Virus record (IMG/VR): IMGVR_UViG_3300037245_002806
Location: 35,906 to 99,905 of that record
Source of the DNA: a virus
DNA: 64,000 nucleotides
Strand: one strand, 5' to 3'
A program made the translations under genes and the position numbers. Below, piece after piece: positions 1 through 8,673 of the stretch. Positions within the stretch are counted from its first letter, which is position 1. Each line of letters opens with the position of its first letter. The notes below the pieces were generated by a model. That model did not search any database, was not told the DNA's origin, and saw only the letters and a program-made list of their open reading frames with translations.

Positions 1-91
1 TGCAGTGTTCCACGTACCCTTTTTGCATCTCCATCCCATGCCCCTTTCTGTGTCACCGCCCGCCCGCGCCTTCCGGCCCGGTACCGGCTTT

Positions 92-265
92 TTAGACTTT
101 GCTGGCTACCAACCTGCCGGCCTCGTCGTAAACGTCGATCCACGCCCACCGCGCGGAAGTGACCACCCGGTAATCCCACTCGGGATCGCCCGTCTGGAAA
201 AGCGCCGCCACGCGCTCGGCCTCTTTGTGCTCGTAAAATTTGTCCGGCCCGTCAATCCGCGGCAT
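92..265 (-). CDS. hypothetical protein (57 aa, MPRIDGPDKF...)
   Basis: ATG at 265 preceded by AGGGGGAAG SD-like sequence; part of a tightly packed leftward gene run. Confidence 0.6.
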   Translation of the reverse strand: MPRIDGPDKFYEHKEAERVAALFQTGDPEWDYRVVTSARWAWIDVYDEAGRLVASKV

Positions 266-422
266 CTGCTTCCCCCTTCTGGTGTGCTTCCTTTTGGATA
301 AAAGCCAAGCTCTCGTAATCCTGGTCGTGGAAAAAGATCCCCATAGCTCGCGGCGCATCGTGCCACTTCAGCGCCGCCAAAAGCCACTTGTAAAGGGCTT
401 TTACCTTACCGATCCGCGGCAT
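252..422 (-). CDS. hypothetical protein (56 aa, MPRIGKVKAL...), absent from ORF track
   Basis: Manual translation; SD AAGGGGAG upstream; fills the gap between neighbouring genes. Confidence 0.5.
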   Translation of the reverse strand: MPRIGKVKALYKWLLAALKWHDAPRAMGIFFHDQDYESLAFIQKEAHQKGEADAAD

Positions 423-639
423 AATACTCCCCTTTCCACTGCATCGCCTTCGAGATACCTTCGAGCCAATCTTGCACGATCAAGGTACCGTTGACCCCCT
501 CGTCCCGCGCTTCGCGCACCCGCTTTTGGGTGATCTGCATCTGGAAAGCCAAAGCCTTTATCGTTACCCGGCGCCGGCGCATCATGCGCTTTATCGCCGC
601 GCCGGCCAACCTCTGCTCTGCAAAACGTCGATCAAACAT
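406..639 (-). CDS. putative HTH DNA-binding protein (77 aa)
   Basis: Start MFDRRF after AGGGGGG SD; IKRMMRRRRVTIKALAFQMQITQKRVREA resembles an XRE-type helix-turn-helix. Confidence 0.55.
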   Translation of the reverse strand: MFDRRFAEQRLAGAAIKRMMRRRRVTIKALAFQMQITQKRVREARDEGVNGTLIVQDWLEGISKAMQWKGEYYAADR

Positions 640-647
640 CGCCCCCC

Positions 648-1040
648 CTATTTGGTTTCGTCGATTGCCGCGAACATCGCCTTGTATCCCGCTTCCGTCG
701 GGATTCCGTGCTCGTTTACCCACTTGCTCGGCTTGGTTTCCAACCTGGCGATCCTATCGGAAAGCCGGAACTGCCGCGCCGGCCAGGAAGGATCCTTCTC
801 CCAAAGCCGGCCCGCCATGGCCGCCTCGATCGGTATCGCCTCGTCGTAAAGGTCTCCCAACTCGACCTCCAGATCGGAGATCTCTTCCTCATGGAGAAAG
901 TCTAGATCGAGGTGCTCGGCGAGATTTTGCAAAGCGGCCTCTACCGCCTCGACCCGATCCGGCGCGATCCCCCGCTTCCGGTCTGCCGCTAAACCATCGA
1001 GGAAGTACGCCGTTACCATCCATTGCGTTGTTATCTTCAC
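648..1040 (-). CDS. hypothetical protein (130 aa)
   Basis: GTG at 1040 overlaps upstream stop (GTGA); protein-like acidic helical composition. Confidence 0.65.
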   Translation of the reverse strand: MKITTQWMVTAYFLDGLAADRKRGIAPDRVEAVEAALQNLAEHLDLDFLHEEEISDLEVELGDLYDEAIPIEAAMAGRLWEKDPSWPARQFRLSDRIARLETKPSKWVNEHGIPTEAGYKAMFAAIDETK

Positions 1041-1267
1041 CTGGCGCCCCCTTCGGCCCACTTTGCGTTGATCTGGCCGTCGGCCTCGATCCTTGCCAAT
1101 TCGGGAGTATAGGACACGCTCGAAAAGTCGAACCGGTCCCACCGGACCAAAACAAAAGACTCAGACTCGTATGGCGCCGCCGGCCTTCCCGCGGTAACCG
1201 TTCCTTTGTAATCCCACAAGCTCGGGGTTTTGTAGGTAACTCTGTCGCCTTCTTTAAGATTCGGCAT
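1037..1267 (-). CDS. hypothetical protein, SH3/KOW-like small beta protein
   Basis: LKEGDRVTY...GTV...VLVRWD pattern; SD AGGAG. Confidence 0.6.
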   Translation of the reverse strand: MPNLKEGDRVTYKTPSLWDYKGTVTAGRPAAPYESESFVLVRWDRFDFSSVSYTPELARIEADGQINAKWAEGGAR

Positions 1268-1276
1268 TTTCGGCTC

Positions 1277-1609
1277 CTAGATTTCGGAAACGTCGATTTC
1301 TGCATCGGCGAGAATTTCCGCCGGCGAAGCAAACGCCAACCCGGCAAAAGGGTTGTGGGTAAGCGCCTCGTCATCGGCAGGATCGAAAAGTAGCTGCCAA
1401 CCGGTACCAGGCTCCCCCGTAGGCTCAGGCTCGCCGCAACCGCCGCAACCGACGTCCTGCAAGTAAACCACATCGGCGAATTTGTCACAGCGGTAGGTGG
1501 TTCCGCAAGTGTCGCATTTGGCAAGCAAGTAGGCGTCCACTTCGTCGGTGTGGTCGCTAATCGTAAAGGTGTTCCCCGCGCCGCTCTCGTTTGCTTTGTT
1601 GTTTTCCAT
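1277..1609 (-). CDS. Zn-ribbon hypothetical protein
   Basis: CDTC...CGGC; ATG lies 6 nt downstream of the promoter -10. Confidence 0.7.
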   Translation of the reverse strand: MENNKANESGAGNTFTISDHTDEVDAYLLAKCDTCGTTYRCDKFADVVYLQDVGCGGCGEPEPTGEPGTGWQLLFDPADDEALTHNPFAGLAFASPAEILADAEIDVSEI

Positions 1610-1644
1610 ACTTATAATATAGCAACATTATGGGGTTTAGTCAA
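1610..1644 (-). promoter_or_regulatory. sigma70-type early promoter (leaderless type)
   Basis: TTGACT-17nt-TATATT-6nt-ATG; A/T-rich UP-like tract upstream. Confidence 0.8.
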
Positions 1645-1690
1645 GAGAAAAATGGGGTTTATTTGGATTTATTTTACCCCCCCGTGAGCC

Positions 1691-1738
1691 AAAAACCCCG
1701 GCGCCGTGGATCTGATCTTGTGGCCGGCGCCGGGGTTT
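1691..1738. terminator. intrinsic terminator-like hairpin
   Basis: CCCCGGCGCCG...CGGCGCCGGGG stem with A-run on the left (U-run for minus-strand transcript). Confidence 0.6.
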
Positions 1739-1794
1739 CGATCTATACATACCAAGTATCGCCCGTAGTGGACTAGGATCCACTCATCGCTTGT

Positions 1795-2097
1795 TTAACA
1801 TAAAGCCCCCTTTCGTTTTGCTCGCCGGTCGGCGTCCCTCTTAAAGATACAACCGGTACAAAGTACCATAAACCCGAGATCAAGATTTCGTTTATGCTCA
1901 TCCAGAGATTTCGCCCTCGGGAGCCCACCAAGGTCAGGATGTACCGGCCTGGCGTGGTGCCCGCACCTCGGGCGCCCGCAATCCAAGCAACGCCCGGTCG
2001 TTTTCCTTTTGCATCGGGCCATCCCCTTGCCCTTTGGCCCCGCATTGCACCGTTGGGGTTTTCGCCCCGCCGCCGCTTTTGCTTTGTCGTGTTCCAT
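1795..2097 (-). CDS. Cys-rich Zn-binding hypothetical protein
   Basis: CLDCGRPRCGHH and CTGC motifs; leaderless ATG at 2097 plus a second in-frame SD-led ATG at 2022. Confidence 0.6.
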   Translation of the reverse strand: MEHDKAKAAAGRKPQRCNAGPKGKGMARCKRKTTGRCLDCGRPRCGHHARPVHPDLGGLPRAKSLDEHKRNLDLGFMVLCTGCIFKRDADRRAKRKGALC

Positions 2098-2132
2098 ACT
2101 TATAATATACGCTTTCTATAGGGCTTTGTCAA
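2098..2132 (-). promoter_or_regulatory. sigma70-type early promoter (leaderless type)
   Basis: TTGACA-17nt-TATATT-6nt-ATG. Confidence 0.85.
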
Positions 2133-2142
2133 GAGAATAATG

Positions 2143-2325
2143 CTAGATTTTACCGTAGAGCGCCGGGATCGTCTCGGTCAAAAACTCGTGCCTGGCCGCA
2201 TGGATGGAAGCAATCCCCCGGCGCCGGCTCTCAAGATCCACCCAACCCCGGAAGCGCCGCTCCGCCCGAGCCCAAAAAGCCAGCTTTTGTAAGATGTGCT
2301 TTTGTATCCGATTTCGTTTCTTCAC
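2143..2325 (-). CDS. small basic hypothetical protein
   Basis: GTG start after AAGGGGG SD; fits the gene run. Confidence 0.5.
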   Translation of the reverse strand: MKKRNRIQKHILQKLAFWARAERRFRGWVDLESRRRGIASIHAARHEFLTETIPALYGKI

Positions 2326-2337
2326 GGCATCCCCCTT

Positions 2338-2739
2338 TTAAAGCTCGTTCAAGGCGTCGGTAAGCTCGTCCGCCGTTTCGCAATTAAGAGAAAGGGTAAG
2401 CTCGTCCGCGTTAAACGGCCCCGCGGTACGAAGTGCTTTCGGCCCCCGAGTCACAATCGCGCCATGCTTGGCGTGCTTTTCCAACTCGGAAATGGAGCCC
2501 ACGTGGATTCCATCTATCTGGATTTCGAAAAGATTAAACGAAAGGGTGGAAACCTGGAAACCAGCTTCCACTAAATTGCAAAGCCCCTTCAGCCGGGTAA
2601 CGACCTTCGAACCCGAGGTGCAAACGACGTTGGAAACGAATCCCTCAGGCGCCCGGTGGCCTTCGAGCCCGTCGCGTTTCGCTAGAGCCACATGTAACCG
2701 TTTCAGCTCACGTACCGTAGCATTCTCTTTCTGTGCCAT
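2338..2739 (-). CDS. hypothetical protein (133 aa)
   Basis: GGAGG SD upstream; packed 3 nt from upstream gene. Confidence 0.7.
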   Translation of the reverse strand: MAQKENATVRELKRLHVALAKRDGLEGHRAPEGFVSNVVCTSGSKVVTRLKGLCNLVEAGFQVSTLSFNLFEIQIDGIHVGSISELEKHAKHGAIVTRGPKALRTAGPFNADELTLSLNCETADELTDALNEL

Positions 2740-2742
2740 TGC

Positions 2743-2934
2743 CTATGCCTCCTCGATTTCGAGCCCGGTTTCTTTGGCCAACGCCACCGCTTTGGCTTTC
2801 GCGCCCGCCTTGGTTTTGCTAACCTTGGCGTTTACGATTCCCTCGCCATCGGTGATCCCCGTAATCCAACCGTGCATCATCGGGAAGTAAACCACCTTGC
2901 GGCCCGTTCCGTTTTCGTTTTCTTTGTTTTCCAT
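2743..2934 (-). CDS. hypothetical protein (63 aa, MENKENENG...)
   Basis: Start moved to the ATG at 2934, directly after the promoter. Confidence 0.65.
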   Translation of the reverse strand: MENKENENGTGRKVVYFPMMHGWITGITDGEGIVNAKVSKTKAGAKAKAVALAKETGLEIEEA

Positions 2935-2967
2935 ACTTAATAGTACCATATCTACCGGCGTTTGCAA
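2935..2967 (-). promoter_or_regulatory. sigma70-type early promoter (variant)
   Basis: TTGCAA-16nt-TACTAT-5nt-ATG; shares CCGGTAGA spacer and GCATTATTCTC upstream with other copies. Confidence 0.7.
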
Positions 2968-3137
2968 GAGAATAATGCCCATTATTCGCATTTATTCTCA
3001 TCCTTAATAAGAGTAAATTAACCCCGCCGTACCCCCGTTTTGGCACCCGCCTTGCATGCGGATAGGGCGCCTATATCGGCCAGATGGCAGGATTATTTTA
3101 TGTGTTCCAAATCACCTTTTTAGCCGAATAGTGTTGC

Positions 3138-3511
3138 ATCTTTAAAGGTGGGAAAAACCCATAGTTTTAGATCCTGTGCCACCTCGATCCGGGCTCGCTA
3201 CATGACCCATGCCAGGAGAATTGTAAGGCTTTGCTTTCTACCCCATAAACGGCACCAATTATATGGATGGTCCGCCCACATCAAGCGCCATGCCAACCCG
3301 AATCTACACCTATTATATACCGTGTTTTGGGTGTTTCTAAGTGCGCTTAAAATAAGGGTTTGGTGCGTTAGCGGCGAAATATCGAGATCACCATGCTAGG
3401 AGTCGTTTATATTTATTATCGGCCTTAAACGACCCCTCACGACGTCGAACAAAGCCTTTGTTCTCTAAGGGTTAGCGGGATTGTGGGTGTGGGGTTTTCA
3501 CCTTTAAAGAT
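3138..3511. repeat. 13-bp perfect inverted repeat (ATCTTTAAAGGTG at 3138-3150 and its reverse complement at 3499-3511) in an AT-rich divergent intergenic region
   Basis: Direct reading; both arms extend imperfectly into GAAAA(A)CCC. Confidence 0.7.
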
Positions 3512-3765
3512 TAAACGTAGAGATGCACACCTTATATGGATAGTTTGTGCGATTTGTCACACAACACATAATAAAAATAAATATTCCCGCGCGGAGCTTG
3601 AGGAAATCCTTTTTGGACTATTTTAGATATTTTAACTCTGACCTATCCGGTCGGGTATCCGGCACACCTCGGGCGGGCTCGCAATGATATAGATCACACC
3701 TCCGATGTTTTCCTTGTTTTTCTCAAGAAACCGCCCAATGGGCCGCCCACTAATAGAGGATAGAT

Positions 3766-3781
3766 TGCACGCTTCATGCCA
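3766..3781 (-). promoter_or_regulatory. sigma54-like -24/-12 element
   Basis: TGGCATGAAGCGTGCA (GG-N10-GC); 15/16 identical to the copy at 8723-8738. Confidence 0.5.
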
Positions 3782-3833
3782 ACAATAAGGGTATATCCCC
3801 CGGATAAAAAAGCCCTCTTATTGCATTATTTTC

Positions 3834-3868
3834 TTGACGCGGCCATATAAAGATGGTACCTTATATAT
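3834..3868 (+). promoter_or_regulatory. sigma70-type early promoter (leaderless type)
   Basis: TTGACG-17nt-TACCTT-6nt-ATG. Confidence 0.75.
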
Positions 3869-4366
3869 ATGGAAAGCAAGAAAGCGCAAAACGAAAACGA
3901 GGGAGAAACCATGACACACGAAATCCGAATTGCCAAGGGTAAGAAAAGCTGCGATAAATGCTCGGCCCATGGACTCTACTGGCACCAAAGCCGCGCCGGC
4001 AACTGGGTGTTATTCGAGTTGATCGACATCGTGGATGAGGCTGGCGACTCTGTAGATTCCACCCACCGCGCCCACTACGCTTACTGCGGCGCCGACGTCG
4101 AGCAAGCGCCCGCCAAGGTTACCCCCGAAATCGACGCCGAAACCCGCAACGCTATCCACGAAGCGATCGGGGTTATCTACGATAATTGCGACGGTGCGAC
4201 CCGCCGGGATGGCGCTGGCTTCTCGAAGCACGACGCCCGCTTTGGCCACGACCTTGCAAGGGCCGGCAGCCTGAGCAATAACATGGCCGCCGCTGGCCGC
4301 CGCATGGTAAAAAAATACCGCCGCCAGCTTACCGCGGCTGGCTTCGACCTCGACCGCTTGAATTAG
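3869..4366 (+). CDS. Zn-binding N-domain plus a copy of the SNF2 helicase C-terminal domain
   Basis: CDKC...HYAYC; C-terminal CDGATRRDGAGFSKHD...KKYRRQL matches the end of the helicase at 54861-56888. Confidence 0.75.
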   Translation: MESKKAQNENEGETMTHEIRIAKGKKSCDKCSAHGLYWHQSRAGNWVLFELIDIVDEAGDSVDSTHRAHYAYCGADVEQAPAKVTPEIDAETRNAIHEAIGVIYDNCDGATRRDGAGFSKHDARFGHDLARAGSLSNNMAAAGRRMVKKYRRQLTAAGFDLDRLN

Positions 4367-4382
4367 AGGGGGGATAGATACC

Positions 4383-4862
4383 ATGGCAAGTTTATTCGAC
4401 GTCCGGAGCAACGCGCTCCGACTCTTTAAAGAGCACGGGCTCGATGAGAAGGGTTGGAGCTTTGGCTTTGACAATGCAAAACGTAGATTCGGCCAGTGTA
4501 GCGCCGGCGCCAAGCGGATCACGATCTCGAAGCACCTGGCCGCCCTAAACACCTTGGAACGGGTGACCCAGACCATTAAACACGAGATCGCGCATGCGCT
4601 CGCCGGCCCCGTTGGCCATGCCCGTGCATGGCGGATCATGGCCTTGAGGATCGGTTGTCCGCCTGTCCGGTGCTACTCTACCTCGGAGGTTGCTACCCCG
4701 AGCGCGCCATATGAGGCTAAATGCCCCGGTTGCGGCATGGTGGCCAAAAAGTTTAAGCGCCCCCGCCGGCCTTCGTCCTGTGGTCGGTGCTCGCCCCGAT
4801 ACGACGCCCGTTTCCTTTTGACCTTTCTCGACGTGCGGGCTCGGCTCCGCCAGGGGAAATAA
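4383..4862 (+). CDS. SprT-like zinc metalloprotease
   Basis: RRFGQC, HEIAH (HExxH), H..W motif, C-terminal CPGC/CGRC Zn ribbon. Confidence 0.85.
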   Translation: MASLFDVRSNALRLFKEHGLDEKGWSFGFDNAKRRFGQCSAGAKRITISKHLAALNTLERVTQTIKHEIAHALAGPVGHARAWRIMALRIGCPPVRCYSTSEVATPSAPYEAKCPGCGMVAKKFKRPRRPSSCGRCSPRYDARFLLTFLDVRARLRQGK

Positions 4863-4863
4863 C

Positions 4864-5118
4864 ATGTATCGAACGATACCCAACGGAATCGACCTTACAG
4901 CGATTAGACAATGGATGTGGGATCACGTTGACATGTATCCCACCGACGTGGATCGGTTGGTGCACCTCTACTACCTCGACCACGTTCTAGATACCGAGAT
5001 TGAGGCCAGGATCGATACCGCCGCGGGGAAGGTGGACCCCGCCCGGTACGTCGCCTTGGAAATCCAAGAATATTTCGCCCGAGGTTGGAAAAATGAGAAA
5101 AAGCCACCCTCGAATTAA
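4864..5118 (+). CDS. hypothetical protein
   Basis: Packed 1 nt after SprT gene; AGGGG SD. Confidence 0.6.
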   Translation: MYRTIPNGIDLTAIRQWMWDHVDMYPTDVDRLVHLYYLDHVLDTEIEARIDTAAGKVDPARYVALEIQEYFARGWKNEKKPPSN

Positions 5119-5142
5119 AAGCATAATTATCGCACTTTTTCC

Positions 5143-5177
5143 TTGACAGAACCGGTAGAATATCGTATATTATAAGT
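5143..5177 (+). promoter_or_regulatory. sigma70-type early promoter (leaderless type)
   Basis: TTGACA-17nt-TATATT-6nt-ATG. Confidence 0.85.
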
Positions 5178-5393
5178 ATGGAAAGCACAAAGAAAGGGGA
5201 AAGCACGATGACAGAAACACAGAGAAACGCTCTCCGCGCAATGGCCGCCCGGAACACCGGCGCCTTATTGGTTGGACCTTGGGGCGACCGTGAAGGCGCC
5301 AGTTGGTGCTGGCCGGAAACGGTACGGCTCTCCGACGATGCCGCCCGCGCTGTGCTCGCCCGCTTAGCCGAACTGGAAAGGAACGGACAATGA
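5178..5393 (+). CDS. hypothetical protein
   Basis: Leaderless ATG 5178 and second in-frame SD-led ATG 5208. Confidence 0.65.
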   Translation: MESTKKGESTMTETQRNALRAMAARNTGALLVGPWGDREGASWCWPETVRLSDDAARAVLARLAELERNGQ

Positions 5394-5758
5394 CTAACGA
5401 AGAAATCGCAATGTTAGCGCAAGAGGTTTACCAACTCGCCGCGGAATCCACCCGCAAGGGCGGATCGTGGAATCCTGGTGACCTAAAAGGGTTCGATACC
5501 GGTAAGGCGCAACGGGCTTTCCAGATATTGACAAAGGCCGCCGGCGATCTCGATACCCTGGCGAAAGAAGGGGATCACACCGAAGGTGAATGCGAAGTAT
5601 GCCAAGGCGCCGCCGCCGGTTGCGTAACATGCGGTGGATCCGGGCAAGCCCTTTACTGCTTGCGGACGGGTTGTGGGAGACCGGCAACCCACTTAGAGAA
5701 CGTGGCCGGCGAAAGCCACGCCTATTGCGACGAGTGCACCACTGGAGGTACCCGATGA
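5390..5758 (+). CDS. Zn-finger protein (DnaJ-like CxxCxG repeats)
   Basis: ATGA overlap start; CEVCQG, CVTCGGSG, CLRTGC, CDEC. Confidence 0.7.
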   Translation: MTNEEIAMLAQEVYQLAAESTRKGGSWNPGDLKGFDTGKAQRAFQILTKAAGDLDTLAKEGDHTEGECEVCQGAAAGCVTCGGSGQALYCLRTGCGRPATHLENVAGESHAYCDECTTGGTR

Positions 5759-6069
5759 ACTGTAACGAATGTGACCGCAAGGTGGTAAGGCGAAACGCCA
5801 TCGGGCAGTGCCAATGGTGCTCGGCGGAAGAAGCGCGGATCCTAAACCGCGCCGAATCGATCGCCAGGGAAAAGCACTACACCGTCGCGGAAGTGAACCG
5901 CCGCGCGGATCTGGCGCTCGAATCGGTACGGCTGGCCGATGCCGCTTCGAAGGCCGGCCCGCACACCGTACCGCCTTGGTTTGCCGCTGAGAATCTAATC
6001 CTGGGGCCGGCGGAAGTCGCCGCCAGATACCGAACCAACCTGGCGATGGCGGGAGATGTAAAACCATGA
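5755..6069 (+). CDS. Zn-finger hypothetical protein
   Basis: ATGA overlap, GGAGG SD; CNEC...CQWC. Confidence 0.65.
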   Translation: MNCNECDRKVVRRNAIGQCQWCSAEEARILNRAESIAREKHYTVAEVNRRADLALESVRLADAASKAGPHTVPPWFAAENLILGPAEVAARYRTNLAMAGDVKP

Positions 6070-6227
6070 GCATAATAATCGAGGTAGAAGAACACGATCT
6101 TTGGGTAATCCGGTATGCGCTTAAAGTGCTCGCCCGCCGGGCTTTCTTGCCGCCTCTGCCGCCGGATGATTCCAAAACGCAAAAAGAAGCCGTCGAGGTT
6201 TTGCAAAAGCTCCACCGCCAGACGTAG
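6066..6227 (+). CDS. hypothetical protein (53 aa), absent from ORF track
   Basis: ATGA overlap, GGGAG SD; manual translation MSIIIEVEEHDLW... Confidence 0.55.
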   Translation: MSIIIEVEEHDLWVIRYALKVLARRAFLPPLPPDDSKTQKEAVEVLQKLHRQT

Positions 6228-6331
6228 CGACTAGGGATCTCACCGAAGGGGGATGCTAAAAAACCACCACTCACGCCGGGTATGCTAAAATTTTAGCGGC
6301 AAAATAAATACAAAATAAATCCCTTTTTCTC

Positions 6332-6366
6332 TTGACAAAACCGGTAGAATATCGTATATTATAAGT
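6332..6366 (+). promoter_or_regulatory. sigma70-type early promoter (leaderless type)
   Basis: TTGACA-17nt-TATATT-6nt-ATG; UP-like AAAATAAAT tracts. Confidence 0.85.
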
Positions 6367-6654
6367 ATGGAAAGCAACAAAGAAACAAAGAAAAGCAAAG
6401 GGGAAAAAGCCATGACCCAGGAACAGATGGAGCAACTTATAGTAGCGGTGGACGACGGACGAATAACCGGTGAGTTTTTCGACGCCACGATAAACGGTCG
6501 GGACCAATGGGTACCTGGCTCGGGCGGAAATGAGACCTGGACCCTGGCGCGAAATGGCCGCTCTTACCTGTACTGTTACAACCCGGCCACCCAGGAGCAC
6601 GGTTGGCTGAACCAGAGCGATATAGTCGAGATGGAAAGCCCTTACGGGCTCTAG
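6367..6654 (+). CDS. hypothetical protein
   Basis: Leaderless ATG 6367 and second in-frame SD-led ATG 6412. Confidence 0.7.
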   Translation: MESNKETKKSKGEKAMTQEQMEQLIVAVDDGRITGEFFDATINGRDQWVPGSGGNETWTLARNGRSYLYCYNPATQEHGWLNQSDIVEMESPYGL

Positions 6655-6760
6655 ATAGAAGGGGGGCGAAAGCCCCCACCCCGGCGGACGAGGGGATGCA
6701 CCCCGCTTATTTAGGCTAGCGCCGGGACGGCATAATAAAACCCTGTTAGCTCGAACCCTC

Positions 6761-6786
6761 GGGGCGCGAAAGCGCCCCATCTTTTT
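6761..6786 (+). terminator. intrinsic terminator
   Basis: GGGGCGC-GAAA-GCGCCCC followed by ATCTTTTT. Confidence 0.7.
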
Positions 6787-6992
6787 GCTCAGGGGAGCCC
6801 GCCCCGAGCCCGCCGTTTTTCGACCTCCCGCGCCGGCGCCAGGAGCACCGCATACTAACCCGCTGATAAGGTCTGTCTATCCCGATGCTACGCCGTTCCC
6901 AACTGGATAAAAGTGCACCGATTCCCGCCGTAGGCTCAGGGCCCGCCCTCATCGAGCCCTAAAAATAAATCCAAAATAAAGCACCTTTTTAC

Positions 6993-7027
6993 TTGACAAA
7001 GCCGGTAGATATTGGTATATTATAAGT
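6993..7027 (+). promoter_or_regulatory. sigma70-type early promoter (leaderless type)
   Basis: TTGACA-17nt-TATATT-6nt-ATG. Confidence 0.85.
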
Positions 7028-7177
7028 ATGGAAAACGAGAACGGGCGAAAAACAAAACTGGAAAAAGAATCCGCCGGCGAAAAGCAGAAATGCCCGACTT
7101 GCCGGTATCGCTGGCCGGGACATAACACAAGCTGCCCGGTGCTACGCTCGAATCGCCTACATGGAAAGAGTGAATAA
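7028..7177 (+). CDS. Zn-finger microprotein (49 aa), absent from ORF track
   Basis: ATG at promoter +1; CPTC...H...C. Confidence 0.6.
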   Translation: MENENGRKTKLEKESAGEKQKCPTCRYRWPGHNTSCPVLRSNRLHGKSE

Positions 7178-7344
7178 TGGACGAGATTAAGACAATGCAG
7201 GATGGCAACAAGGTCCGCCACGAAGGGCCGTGCACGTGGTGCAAAACCTTCTCCACCCACCTGAAGCCCTCGGATCGCTGGATGCAACCCGGCGAACTTA
7301 TCTGCAACGGCTGCCAAAACCAACTAACCGAAAGCAAGAGGTAA
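7177..7344 (+). CDS. Zn-finger microprotein (55 aa), absent from ORF track
   Basis: TAATG coupling; CTWC...CNGC. Confidence 0.6.
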   Translation: MDEIKTMQDGNKVRHEGPCTWCKTFSTHLKPSDRWMQPGELICNGCQNQLTESKR

Positions 7345-7348
7345 TCCG

Positions 7349-8011
7349 ATGACCAAAGAATGCACCCGCTGTGAAGGAATGCCCGCGATGGAGTGCCCCG
7401 ACGAGCCCGTTTGCAAGCGGTGCGAAGGTACCGGGGAAGAGCCGGCGCCGTGTGGGTACGGGGAAGCCTCGTGCCAGGATGTGCAACTGAGGGATCCTTC
7501 CTACACTTGCCACGACCACCCGGTGCCTGTGCCATGCGAAAAGTGCGGCGGTAACGGGTTGCTTGGCGAAAATGGCGAACGGGTGGAGCGCACCTCCCAT
7601 GCCCCGATGAAAGCCTGCAACCGCTGCTTTGGATCGGGAGTCGAGCCCCCAGAGGATATCCGACGGGCGCCCACGCCGGCTGAGGTGATCGCCGGCGCCC
7701 ACCCCGAGGTTGCCGCCCACGCCGAAAGGGTGGCCAACCCGCCGGCGCCGCCACCGCTTCGACCGTATTCCCCCATGGTGCATAACAACGGCACCGGACG
7801 CCAGGAGCTTGAAAGCCAACTCCGCAACGCCGGCGCCGCGGTACAAAATGCGATGGAAGCACTTCGCGCCGCCTACCCGAACGGGCGAGATTATTACATC
7901 CAAGATACCCTGAAGGCCGCTTGCACCCAATGGGATGCCCGCTTCGAAAAACTGCAAACGGTTTACCGTGAGATCTTCCAGATCTACGAAAACGTCGCCG
8001 ATCAAGAATAG
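7349..8011 (+). CDS. DnaJ-type Zn-finger repeat protein with helical C-terminal domain
   Basis: CTRCEG, CKRCEGTG, CEKCGGNG, CNRCFGSG; SD GAGGT. Confidence 0.75.
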   Translation: MTKECTRCEGMPAMECPDEPVCKRCEGTGEEPAPCGYGEASCQDVQLRDPSYTCHDHPVPVPCEKCGGNGLLGENGERVERTSHAPMKACNRCFGSGVEPPEDIRRAPTPAEVIAGAHPEVAAHAERVANPPAPPPLRPYSPMVHNNGTGRQELESQLRNAGAAVQNAMEALRAAYPNGRDYYIQDTLKAACTQWDARFEKLQTVYREIFQIYENVADQE

Positions 8012-8023
8012 GAGTAGAAACCG

Positions 8024-8242
8024 ATGTGCCAGAAAAGCATAAACGAAAGAGAACGGGAACAGGAAACCGAGCGCCGCAAGGTGGAAGCTCTCGAAAGGAT
8101 TGCCGCCCGGCTGGAACAGCTAAACGGCACCGTCGCCAAAGCCCTTGAACCCCTTCAAAATCTCGGATACATCGACAACGTAGCCGAAAAGATTGCCGGC
8201 GAATTGGTAAATCTTTCCGCCGTGATCCATAAAAGGAAATAG
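8024..8242 (+). CDS. coiled-coil hypothetical protein
   Basis: AGGAG SD; heptad-like composition. Confidence 0.6.
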   Translation: MCQKSINEREREQETERRKVEALERIAARLEQLNGTVAKALEPLQNLGYIDNVAEKIAGELVNLSAVIHKRK

Positions 8243-8246
8243 CCAA

Positions 8247-8492
8247 ATGGATATGTGCAAACTGGACGACCTGAAAGAGTGGGTTCGAGATTGGGCCGTG
8301 CACTACAGTCGAACCCCGGAGAAGTTTTACGCCCGCGTAGCCATGGTTGCCCGTGAACAACGGATCAACATGGAAAACGCCACCTCTGGCGGTAGACACC
8401 CGACGTGGTGCGACCCGAAAGAATACCGGCGATGTGTCGAGCGCCTCGAAGATATCGCCCGCCGGCGCCCACCCCTCAAAACCCTCTGGTAG
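8247..8492 (+). CDS. hypothetical protein
   Basis: AAGGA SD; followed by a GC hairpin plus T-run at about 8501-8526. Confidence 0.6.
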   Translation: MDMCKLDDLKEWVRDWAVHYSRTPEKFYARVAMVAREQRINMENATSGGRHPTWCDPKEYRRCVERLEDIARRRPPLKTLW

Positions 8493-8673
8493 TCAACGGA
8501 GCCCCCCACCCCCAGGGGGGGCTTTTCCCCACCTTGCCCGCGGTGGAATTCATCCCTATCCGGTGAACCCCTTTATCCACACCGCTTAGCCCCGTGGGGC
8601 TCATCCCCCTACGTTTAGTGCGAAATACCCCTTTCTACCCACACCTTTTGCCTTTCTACCAAGCGGCATCACC

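Noticed and set aside
491-1393. 300-aa + strand ORF
   Set aside because: Antisense to a coupled minus-strand gene run; Arg/Pro-rich, no RBS
7020-8399. 459-aa minus-strand ORF
   Set aside because: Overlaps several well-supported + strand genes with promoter and RBS; Arg-rich non-protein-like composition
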